DNA from: Schmidtea nova
Lineage: Eukaryota
DNA: 64,000 bases
Direction: 5' to 3'
Assembly: GCA_044892505.1 (NCBI GenBank)
Contig: CM097882.1
Location: 604,128,001 to 604,192,000 of the forward strand
Shown here: positions 23,565 to 34,729 of the stretch, in pieces
How positions within the stretch are numbered: the stretch's first letter is position 1
Layout: every line of letters starts with the position of its first letter
Program-made: the position numbers and the translations under genes
Notes under the pieces: generated by a model
Seen by the model: only the letters and a program-made list of their open reading frames with translations
Databases searched by the model: none
What the model was told of the DNA's origin: nothing

Positions 23565-24833
23565 ATGGACGAAGATCAAGAATGTTTTATTTGCTATTCA
23601 ACAATGACCGAATTATCTATGGCAACATTTCTCGAATGTGGACATTCCTTTTGTAGGGATTGCGTATGTGAATTAATGAGCAATAAGCTATCTTGCCCTT
23701 TAGATAGAATACCCGTTTGTTCTTTTAAAATTAATAACGGACAAATGGATAAAACTTTACTAACAAAAGATGTTACATCATTCTTAGAGTCAAGTAAAAA
23801 GTTTGATAAAGTAAAATCATGTTTCAAAGAGTTGACAGCAAAGATGCAGAAAAATATTTTCCTTTGGGTAAATGAAGAAACAACCGAAGCCAATTTCATT
23901 GAAATTGGAATTAAAATTACCGAGACCCTAAATTTAGCGAGGATATCACCACACGAATCAAGTATAAATTATAATACAATAGCGGAAATATATTATGAGC
24001 ACCTTTGTATGAAGGATTATTTCGTAAAGTTTGAACTGCTTAATCTGTTTGACAATTTGCACGTGATCAAAACTAGTGAACGCACGATGTGGCACTTTGG
24101 GGGGCAATGCGTTAAACTGTACCAGAAGCAACAAATAAGCCGTGAACAACTAATCTCCCTTAGTCAAACCATTTCTGGGCGACTGAATACATTGAATGCC
24201 TCTTTTGAGTATTACACCAATGCACTCGCATGGATGATAAATAAGCCTCATGCTGCCAAGGATCTTTTTCCCAATATTTCCAGCAATCACATTAATAAAA
24301 GTTTGATCTCAAGCTATATTAGAGAATTTGAAGAAATGACCTCTGATGATGTAGAGGTCAGCCTTGATCATTTCATCAATAGCAAGAAATTGCAAATGGT
24401 AAGTCACGTGCTGCGCCACTTATCCGAGACCGTGAAATATATATTGCAAAAATCGACATTGTTGAACCTTTCAGCTTTAGACCGAGAATTCATTTTCCGT
24501 GACCTCGGCTTTTATCGGAATTCATTTAAGCAGTTGATGTCTATCAATAAAAATATTACTAAAAATGGCCAAGTGTTATATAAATACCCCAAAGGGGACA
24601 AAGATGATTCGAGTAAAAACGTGTCAAATATTGTGAGTTGTGTGGACAAAATGATCAATTATATCAGGTGCAACATTTGTGAACCTGGTCATGAAGTGCA
24701 AGAATTTATTTGCACTTTTGAAAGAGAACTGAAATCAATTCAGTCTCACTTTCCAAATACAGAATTCAGCGATAAAGGCTTGGTTATTAAGGTTCAAATT
24801 GAAGGTTTTCTTTCGCTTCTGAATAATCTATAG
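23565..24833 (+). CDS. Intronless C3HC4 RING-finger protein (probable E3 ligase), 422 aa
   Basis: CFIC...CGHSFCRDC...CPLDR at the N-terminus (eighth ligand is Asp, a known RING variant). The rest is predicted helical and was not recognised. Confidence 0.75.
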   Translation: MDEDQECFICYSTMTELSMATFLECGHSFCRDCVCELMSNKLSCPLDRIPVCSFKINNGQMDKTLLTKDVTSFLESSKKFDKVKSCFKELTAKMQKNIFLWVNEETTEANFIEIGIKITETLNLARISPHESSINYNTIAEIYYEHLCMKDYFVKFELLNLFDNLHVIKTSERTMWHFGGQCVKLYQKQQISREQLISLSQTISGRLNTLNASFEYYTNALAWMINKPHAAKDLFPNISSNHINKSLISSYIREFEEMTSDDVEVSLDHFINSKKLQMVSHVLRHLSETVKYILQKSTLLNLSALDREFIFRDLGFYRNSFKQLMSINKNITKNGQVLYKYPKGDKDDSSKNVSNIVSCVDKMINYIRCNICEPGHEVQEFICTFERELKSIQSHFPNTEFSDKGLVIKVQIEGFLSLLNNL

Positions 24834-25169
24834 TAATATCTTTGCGTGTACAAACTATTTTGTTGAATAAATCTTTTGATCCTGATAATTGTTTTTGCGT
24901 TTATTATCTTTTGTTTATCATATTATACATATTTCTTAATAATAATTAACTGACCAATCAGATTCAAGGAAGGAGAAGGAAATAATTTCAAATTAATATA
25001 ATTGAGTAAATATATTGTTTTATAAAATATTTAAGTGTATTTGTGTTTTTTTTATATTACCAGCCAATAAGTGAAATATTATGAAATATTAATAATTGTT
25101 GGGTATTTAAACATGTCTCGCAATTAAAAGCTGATATTATATTATATTATTTATATTATTATTATTATA

Positions 25170-25395
25170 AATAATTTCCATAATGATGACTATAGATCAA
25201 AATATTTTATTTATAAACAATAACACATTATTTCGGCACAGCCTTTATCAAGTGTGTATTAGAAATACACACTTGATAAAGGCTGTGCCGAAATATTATG
25301 TTATTGTTTATAAAATAAAATTTTGATCTATAGTCATTATGAGAATTATTGACAATAATAATAAAAAAGATCAAAGGTGAAAAAAGATAATTATG
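25170..25395. repeat. Fold-back of the TACACACTTGATAAAGGCTGTGCCGAAA repeat family (head-to-head, 5-nt spacer)
   Basis: ...TTATCAAGTGTGTAT-TAGAA-ATACACACTTGATAA...; arms ~95 bp. Other copies at 32130, 53655-53880, 58647-59165 and 60367. Confidence 0.85.
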
Positions 25396-25944
25396 ATAGT
25401 ATATTATTTATTTATATTATTTATATTTACATTATTAAATTATTTATATTATATTATTATATACATTTTGGATAAAAATAGTCTTTTCCTTCATGGTTTG
25501 ACAAATAGTCATTATTTTCGCCTATCATATTTCTGTTATGATTCAGTGAATAAATAATGATCAAACGGATACAAAGGTGTCATTACTCAAAAGAAAATAG
25601 ATTTGAAAGTCATGAAAGAAAGATAAAATGAATAAAATTGATTAATTAAATGATTAATAGCACTGGCATCCGCCAGAAGAGATGCAAAATCGAAAAAAGA
25701 ATCAGAAGCCATCTAAACCGAATTCAATCCCGCTACGAGCTACAGTCAGTCAATGAAAAAACCCAAAACCTACCAAGCACGAGCCAATACATTGAAGAAC
25801 TAGTATAAAGACAATGAACTTAACTGAACTATTTTGACACCAGGTGACATTATCATTTGTGTATAAAAGCTGATCATCTTATATGACCATTTCGTTGTAT
25901 GTAAATTTTTATTGATAGTGAGCGCACTTAACCACTTTTTTCAC

Positions 25945-26240
25945 ATAGCAACGGTTGCAAGGGTAAACACATACATAAATATATAATCTCCGGGGAAGAT
26001 GTTACTTGAGTAAACACACACCAATGTGTTTTCTCCGTGGAACCTGTTGCTTACTTAAATACACACATTAAGATGTATTCCTTGCAGAACCTGTTGCTAA
26101 GATATACACGCGCGTTAATATGGAGTCCCCATTGGAACCTATAGTTAAGGTAAACACACACATCAATATATAATCCCCTATACAGATATTGGTAAGGTAA
26201 AAACACACACATCATTAATTAGTACCCGTAAAGCACACGA
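25945..26240. repeat. ~46-bp diverged tandem repeat (GTAAACACACA...GGAACCTGTTGCT)
   Basis: About 6 units visible; duplicated at 54430-54725. Confidence 0.7.
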
Positions 26241-26624
26241 TAATGTTATTTTATTTAATTGAATAGCATTTGTTTTGCTTTAATTAAGTAACTAACATTT
26301 CGAATAGTTTTTCCATATATTTTTTACTGATAACTTTCTATATATAATTTTTTAGGAATGCTAAAAGCAAATAAGATTTCATTAATAGAAATTGATCTTC
26401 AATTGACAAGTTGGTCTTTGGCAACCGGAAATCCTGACCGATGATAACAAGAGTTGAAATGAGCAAGCTCCATGACAGTCCGTATTGATTGATGGCGAGT
26501 AATCGTTTAATCGAGATTGATTGTGATCCAATGTATTGATTTGTAGATTTTTTGAGTTATACATTTCAGATTTGTCTGGATAGTATATTAATATTGATCC
26601 AGTTGTTGACAAGCATTTTCCAGT

Positions 26625-26738
26625 TTGTACGGCTTCTTTACGCATTCCAACAGCGAAACATTTCTGCAATCTACCGAACTGGCAATTGTTTCTTCTTTGA
26701 ATATCGACTACACAATCTCCACTGTAGTAGAACTGATA
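26625..26738 (-). pseudogene. Nuclear receptor DNA-binding domain, second C4 zinc finger, degenerate
   Basis: YQFYYSGDCVVDIQRRNNCQFGRLQKCFAVGMRKEAVQ versus consensus Y.C.....C.VD...RN.CQ.CRL.KC...GM.KEAVQ. Two Cys ligands are lost and the first finger is absent. Confidence 0.75.
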
Positions 26739-26850
26739 ATTGTTGTCATTTGATGAAAACGAATCGCTGTGAATGTCTTGAGTGAATTGGCATATCGAAT
26801 CATTGTTAACAGCTTGCATTTTTTTTGATCAGCGTGAAAAAGTGAAAAAA

Positions 26851-29800
26851 TGTAAATATTAAAACAACATCTACTTTTCTCCATTTAATAATTAATTAAT
26901 TTATAAAATTGAAAATTTAATCTAAGGCACTACAATAGCCCCCGCCGAAGTACGCGGAGCGTCTCTAAGCTACAAAATAGATTTGGGTGTTGGGTGAGTC
27001 ACTGAAGGTTATAATCGGAGAGATATTGAGGGAGTTTACGTGTTCGCCTAGAAGGGAATGGCGGGTTGTCTTGAGAAAGTTGGGTATTGGGTGTTTCTGT
27101 AAGGGTCTTCAGTTGTTCCGTGTCTTCTTGAATGTCTTCATCTATAGGATCTTCTTTCATGATATGGTAATTTGGTCGTTCATCATACTCAAGTGTGCAA
27201 AAGGATGGTTTTAATCTTGATAGGTTTACCATAATGTGATTGTTATCAATTTCTAGTTTCGCTGTGTTTTTGTATAGTTCGATGATGCGGAATGGGCCTT
27301 TGTATCTAGGTTTGAGGTTTGATGAGTCAATTGTCTTCATCCATGCGTGGGTGGCAGATGAAAGTGATTGTGGTATATACGGTTTGTATGATGTAGAATA
27401 TGTGAAAGATGGATTTGTATCAAGACTCAAAAAATGATTGCGAGTGAGGTTGATTTCCTCTAGTGACGATTCGTTCTGTAGATCTATGAGTTCGTTGGGC
27501 ATGGATGTGTTGGAACCGAACAAAGGTTGTGAAGGTGACACGCCACTTGAGCGGTTGGGAGTGTTGTGCCACCCAAACAAGACGAATGGTAATGCTTTGG
27601 TCCACGAAGTTGTATTCTGAGGTATATTCTGAGTATTCTGAGGGATGATTTCAAAGTCCGGTGGGCGCGTTCCACAAGACCGTTTTTTTTGTGGGTGATA
27701 TGAGCTGGTACGTAAATGACTGATGCCGAGGCTGGTGGTCAGATGATCGAAAAGGTCTGATTCAAATTGTGTTCCTTGGTCTGTGATTATGGCGGTTGGG
27801 ATTCCATAACGCGAAAACCAAGTGGATATTAAGGCGTGTGCAACCGTTTTTGCGGTGATGTCAGAAACTGGAATAGCCTCGAACCAGCGTGTTTTTCTAT
27901 CGATCATTGTCAGTATATAGCAGAATCCGTCGTCTGCGGGGAGTTTGCCTACTAAGTCGATGTGGAGTATGTCGAATCTTGAACCAGTCGGGAATGGTGT
28001 GATTGGTGGTTTAGTATGTTTGTTCACTTTGTGTTGTTGGCAGCCTGTACATTCAGAGACCCACTGTTTAACGTCTTTAAATAATGAGAACCAAGTGACT
28101 TTTTGTCGTATGAGATGGTATGTGGACTTAATTCCTGGATGGTGTAGATAATGAATCGCGAAGAATGCTTCTTTTCTGAGTGACGAGTGCAAAATTGGTC
28201 TAAGAGTGTTTTTATACGTTGTGTCATAATGTATACCGTCTATTATCTCAAGCGAGTCTTTGAAGCGGGCGAGGTCAGCTGTCGTTGGTGGAGTCGAACG
28301 GAGAATTTGTTGGGTGAAAACCGGGGTAGAGGTAATTGATGCAGCAATGTTTCTAGAAAGATAATCGGCGACTACCTTATCTTTGCCCGAAACGTGAACA
28401 AATTTAATGTCAAAAGTTGATAGGTATGTTATCTGACGATGTACTCGGTTCGATGGGTCTTTCATGGTAAGGCAGTGGATGAGAGGTTTATGGTCGGTGA
28501 AGATTGTAAATTGTCTTCCTTCTAAAATGTGACTAAAATGTTTGACTGCTAGAAAAATGGCAAGTAATTCTCTGTCGAATGCGCTGTACTTTGACTCTGC
28601 TAATGAAAATTTTCTCGAAAGAAATTCTATTGGTAGTGAGATTTTATCCTTAATTTGGTGAAGGACTGCGCCTGCAGCAATATTTGATGCGTCAGTTGTC
28701 AGGGTGAATGGGAGGTCGTGACATGGGTAGTGAAGAGTGGTAATCTTGGTTAGAGCGTCTTTGACTTTGTTGAATGATTCGCGTGTTGTGTCGGACCAAT
28801 TGATGACGGAATTCTTTTTTTCCTGTGTTCAGTGCTGTAAGAGGTGTTGTTATGTGAGATGCGTTTTTAATGAATCTATGGCAGAAGTTGACGATGCCTA
28901 AAAAGCTACGTAGTTATGTCACGGTGGTTGGCAGGGGAAAGCTGCGGATTACGTCAAGTCTTTCGGGGAAAGGTTCACAACCAGTAGATGAAAGTATATG
29001 GCCAAGGAATCTGACGCGTTCTTGAAACAAGCTACATTTGTTTACGTTTATCTGTAAGTTGTGACGGTTCAATATATCAAGGACCGTGTGTAAATCGTTT
29101 TTGTGGCTGTCTCGATCCGGGGATGCTATGATGATATCGTCAAGGTATGCGAAAGTGTGAGGGACATCGCGAAAAATTGTGTCCATGAAACGTTGTAAGG
29201 ACTGAGCTGCGTTTCTAAGACCAAAAGGCATGAACATGTATTCAAAATTCCCAAATGGTGTAGTGACAGCCGTTTTGGGGACGTCGTCCGTATGAATGGG
29301 AAATTGGTGGTACGCTTTCGAGAGGTCTATAGTTGAGAACACTGTAGATTGTGAAAAGCGTGTTATTAAATCTTTAATGAGTGCCATTGGGTAGGCGTCG
29401 TGGACTGTTACTTGGTTGAGCTGTCGATAATCTCCACAGGGTCTGAATGACCAGTCTTATTTTGTTACTACGTGTATTGGCGAAGCCCATGGTGAAGATG
29501 AACGACGTATAATGCCTGCGTTTTCTAGACTAACAAATTCATCTTTGACTGCGTCGAGTTTCATGGAAAAGAGAGGTCTGGCTCGATTGTGTTGTGGTAT
29601 GCATGGTAATGTGTGAATATAGCGAGTCGATAGGGTAGTAGGTGGTATGGTATCGGATTTAGTGATGAGGTTTGGATATTTGATTGAAATTAATTTGATC
29701 ATGTCATCGATCGTATCTAAATTGGCTGATTGGTCGATGTCCAACGTGTTTTTATCGTTTTCCATCGTGGAATCTTGATGAATCGAGTTGAGTTGTGTCG

Positions 29801-31100
29801 GTGTAGATGTCTGCGTTGAAATTGATGTTACATTTGACGATGAAATTGTCGGTATATTGGCAATGTCGTGTTTTACAGTGAACAACTTACGATTTTTGCA
29901 ATCTACCATGATGGATTCGTTGCTTAAAAAATTGGAGCCATATATTGGGTGGATCGTGTCTGCTATGTGGAAGGTGTGAGTGAAAGTTGAGTTTAATGTT
30001 GGTATTGTGAATGAAAGTTTTTTTGTTCCCAAAAATTGGATCGGTGTGCTGTTAGCGGCCAAGACAGTGAACGAAGATTTGAAGTCTGGTGTGAAAGTTG
30101 TTGGAAGGATTGAAAATGACGAGCCCGAATTTATGAGAAAATGAATTGATGAGCTGGAGTCGAAGTCTGCTTCAACAGTGAAGATATTGTTGATCGCAAG
30201 GACGCTGCCTGAAAATCCAGGGTTGACAGACAGCGGCGCTAGTTTTTTTTGGAAGAATTGAAATTGTTTTTGTCGTATGATTTATTTGAGGAACGGTTTA
30301 CAAAAGTGCAACCTGAAAGGCATTTTTGTGCGTGTATACCGAAGATATTATGATAGATGCAAATAGGAATGATCCTCAAAGTGGAAGGAGGGTTTGGCCA
30401 TGAACATCCTATGTGGCATGTTCTTGCGTCGGATGAGAATTTCTTGTGAAAAAAACAAGTCAGAGGGGGAAAAGAATTCAGTTTATCGTTTCTTTGGGTG
30501 TGTGTAGTTAGCTGAGAGGAGTTGAGTATCGCGTCGACTGTTTTTGTCAGATAAGATATCTGTTCCTGTAATGAAGGGTCGGAAACTGATGCGATGGTAG
30601 TTGGTGCGTTTCGGATGGGGGGTCGAGTAACCAACTTATCAGCAATTTTTGCAAGGTGAAAAGGATCATTGGAATCGACGACGAGGAGTGAGGTCTGGAT
30701 GTGATGTGGAAGAGCTGTTAAAAATTGATGGCATAGGAGAGCAGTGTTTTTTGATAAACCGGTGTGGGCGGCCTCAAGTTCGCGTACTAGTTGCGATAAA
30801 AAGGATAATGGGGGTTGACCGGCGTATGGGGTGGGTTTTGATAACTTTTCGATCGCTGAAGTGCGCGTGGGTGAATATTTTTTTCTATGACCGCTTTGAT
30901 TGATTCATAAGGGGTTTCTGAGTTTAATGCGTCAGCTATTTGTGAGCCTAATTCTGACATTAACTCGTCGGGTATTGCATCCAGCAGAAGATCTTGCCTA
31001 GACTTGGGATTGGCTCTAGTGCGCGATTCAAAAATGCGGAACCAAGATGATGGTGTGCCGTCTGCGTCTAAAAATGAACTTTATAGATTCGAATGTGAGA
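26851..31100 (-). mobile_element. Decayed Ty3/Gypsy retrotransposon (gag, PR, RT, RNase H, IN); 5' LTR not found
   Basis: gag FLDADGTPSSWFRIFE... and a -1 slippery site AAAAAAC at the gag stop (~30242). PR FLINSGS, RT YLDD, RNase H TDAS/RELLAI/TDHKP, IN HPG..C..C, IDLVG, ITDQG, VERAH, RYKGPF. Stops and frameshifts at ~29457, ~28900 and ~27685. A purine tract (GGCGGGGG) precedes TGTAG at 26934. Confidence 0.92.
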
Positions 31101-33868
31101 ACTACGAAAACGACTTAAATGAAATTTTGAGAATATTTGAAAGATATAAAGATAATTCAATAGAGGGGAACTGCAAGAGCTGATGAAATTTATTACTATT
31201 TGTAAACAGAATAATTACATTAAATAAAAACGTTTGAAATAAATCATCACAGAGGTCCACCTTGTTAAAGCCCTTTAAGGTGGTAGTTTGCAAATTCGGA
31301 TTTCTTCGATTATGAAATGGCGGTATATATACCTATTTCTCTTGTTGTTTTCATTAGCGCGTTTAAACAAATTGTTCTAGAACAAATTTTTCAATTTTCC
31401 AAAATTAAATTTTACTATTTTAAGGAAAATTAAATTATTATTATGTGAAAATATTTTATAAAAATTTAAATAAATTTTTTAATACAAAAAGTTTACTTAA
31501 ATAAAAGTTTTTTAGTTGAATTTCCTAAATTTTTATATAAATCAATTTTCTTTGTATTTTATGAGTTTTTAAGATAAAAATCGAAAAAATCTTTCCGGAA
31601 ACATGTATATCTTTCCTCATTTGTAATTTTATTCTGCAATTAATGTTTTTATGTTATATATGTGGTTTGAACTTGTATACTTCCTGCGCTTTTTTCATTT
31701 TAATTTTCAAACGTGTTTTATTTCATATTTTTGATGTGTTCTGTTATTACTTTGTTTAATTGGTGTTTCTCATATTAGATTTTAAATTTACTTCTTGCGC
31801 GCTCTCTACTGTCGTGTTATTGCTTTAACCAATCAAATTTAAGTTTTTGCTCAATAGAAAGGACGTACAGAAGCTTATCTAAACCATTTTAAGGTATCAT
31901 TAACGTCTTTTGTTTTTCAATTTCAGAATTTCTTTTAAAAATTTTCAACCACTTCCTTTTTTAAATGTTTATTAATTTTTCAGTCACGATAAATTTTCTG
32001 CAACTGCTAAAAACAAACATTACAAAATCCCGATGAACCTGTCTATTAACCACTGATTTTTTTAAACTAATATTAAGTAAAAAAAGTTGCGATAATTTTC
32101 GAATTATTCAAAATAGTCTTAATTAAAATACACACTTGATAAAGGCTGTGCCGAAATATTGTGTTCTTAACAACCATAAAACCCTCAAAAATATTTTTTA
32201 TCTAGTCATAGAATTGTTGGGATTGAGAAATAAACTGAAAATAAAATTAAAATACACAAAAAATATGTGCAAAATCGATAAAAATACGAAAATTGGAAAA
32301 ATAATAATTAAAGTGCAAACATTAATTAAAAAATTATAAAATTCAAAAATAAAGATTTAGAGGTGAAAACTGGTATAGGAGGATGCCACAAATTAAAAAG
32401 TCACCCCCAGAAAGAAATATTAAGAAAATACAAATTAATTAAAATAATTAATTGCCTAATGGGAAACCCTAGTGATATGGGAAATCCGGAGCATCAACAA
32501 AATAATTAAATTATCCAAATAAATAAGATGAGCAAATGATGCCCCGGAAAAAGCCGCAAACCCAGTTTCAGCAAAATTAAATTAAGCAGCTGCAAAACCG
32601 ATCTAATTATTTTATTTTTATAGATCCAATTAAGGTGACAGGATAAAAGGAAAAAGGCACTATATAAACTGAGAGTAAATGGTCGATATTGCCAGTTGGT
32701 TGAAATAAAATTTAAAGAATTGAGCGGAGAAATAAAAGAAACAAAGGAAGCAGAAACGTTAATTGAAATTTATAGAGTATCTATTGATCGATTTTCTCTG
32801 CGTACCAGAAAAGGATATTTCTCATTTGGTCTTCTACCCTAACGTAAGAGTGCTGACAAATATTGTAACTTTCTGTGATTTAGATTGTTGTGATTGAATT
32901 GAAAAATAAAAATTATTATGTTAAGTCTAATTTATTTTGTAAACGAAAGAATACCAGAGTCAGATACCAAACGACTACCCATTAATAACCCAACAGAATT
33001 ATAAACATTATTGATATAAATAAAAAGACATCAAAGGTAAAATATAAAGATAATTATGATAGTCTTAGAAAGAAATGGACGAGACCGCGAAACAATATAT
33101 ATAATAATTAGCAGTGTTCTAAATTTCCTCAAAGAATTTCAATTACAATGCACAAATTTTAGAAAATTGATACTGTTGGGTTTCAATTAATTTATACTCT
33201 AGACATCGGTATCTTTGACTCTTCATGCTCTATAAATCAACAACTAATAACGCTCCCAACGTATATTTGTTTGAAATTAATACAATTTTTCACATTTCGA
33301 TAATTACACAACAATGATATCATGTCTCAATTTCTTGATCGAGTTCCACTATAGGATATCTTGACCTCATGCCCTTTTACAATAATAATCACCTTGTACA
33401 CTAGCTTCCTCTTGATTGAACTCCTCTTCTCTAATAATTTAATTTTTCTTTTATTTAACTCTTTTCAATTTTTCTACTATTTTCTCTAACTATTTTCTTT
33501 ATTTACCCGTTTCCTTAAACCTTTTTAAATTCTTTTAATTCTTTTTCTTCAACCTATTCTCTATTTCTTCTCCCTAATTAAGGTGTTGGGCAAAAACTGA
33601 AGTTTTTTTAAATGACGCGGTGTTACAACATGTAGAGAACGCGCAAGAAGTAGATTTGAAATTCTATGAACCAAAACACCAAGTACTAAATATATATTAC
33701 GTTGCAGTATTTTAAAAAAAACTATAAAAGTTATTTCAACAAATTATAATAAACATCAAAGTTATAAAATATTTCAATGAATTGCATACATGTCATATGA
33801 TTAAAATATATTAGACTAAATATTTCAGTGAATTACATCTAAATTATATTACATTTCATTAATTACGT

Positions 33869-34729
33869 GTAGTGGTCCGGAAGGCCGATACCCAAGATTC
33901 GCTCAGAGTATTAAAGAAAAATAGCCTGCCTCAAACTTTCACTTTATTCAGTGATATTATAAAATAGAATAAAATTTTAAATGGATATTAAATTGAAAAC
34001 TTTTATTAAGATGTTTTTTTTTTTGAACAAAACATTTTGTTTAAATTCTTTATATAATTATTGCTGTTTTAAAAAAATAAATAGTTTGGAGATTTAATTT
34101 AAAAAAATATATTTTGTGAAGTTAATTCCATTTATTGAATTATTTGAAATAGAGTTTTTCGGTATTCTAAAAATAGTTTCTAATCTACTCCTACATTGAA
34201 TGCCTAATTCAACTCTCTCTTTGGATCTTTTTAATTGGAGAGGTGCCAATGTGAGTTCTCCTCAGATTAAGCTGATATCCAATAGATATTCAAGAACATT
34301 GATTATGATTATTTTGTGCTTCCTTGCACTTATCGTGAATTGTCAAATTTGTCAGTGTTCTGCTACGGACAAACAACTATTGCATGCCCATGTTTTATAT
34401 CGACATGGAGATGGAGCACCTGTTATGGTGTATCCAACTGATAAGAATGGGGAGGACAGGCGGCCTAATGGGATTGGAGGATTAACAAACCGAGGAATTA
34501 TGCATCATGTTAATTTGGATATGTTGCTACGACGTCGTTACAATGACTTCCTTGGGCAATATTTAAACTATTCATTAATCTATGTTCGTCGCACGGATGG
34601 AGACGGAGCATTAATGTCTGCCAAATCAAATCTAGCAGGTTTATTCTATCTAAAGGAACGATCAACAGCCTAAAGTGGCATCTTTTCTCAATTCAAACGC
34701 AATCAAAACATTCGTGTTTATGCCCACTA
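33869..34729 (+). mobile_element. 861-bp insertion flanked by an 8-bp direct repeat AATTACGT, carrying a host gene fragment
   Basis: AATTACGT at 33861-33868 and 34730-34737. The homologous repeat has a single AATTACGT at 16971-16978. Ends are GTAGTGG...CCACTA. Confidence 0.7.
34200..34725 (+). pseudogene. Histidine acid phosphatase (lysosomal/prostatic type) N-terminal fragment
   Basis: A hydrophobic leader precedes LLHAHVLYRHGDGAPVMVYPTD...GIGGLTNRG...LLRRRY...IYVRRTDGDGALMSAKSNLAGLF. After a frameshift it continues NSLKWH...CP. Both phosphate-binding arginines (RHGxR and the later DR) read Gly. Confidence 0.85.

Noticed and set aside
5800-30140. Both decayed retroviral proteases show catalytic D changed to N
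   Set aside because: A single G-to-A change in elements that have other lesions; two cases are not evidence of a pseudo-protease function.
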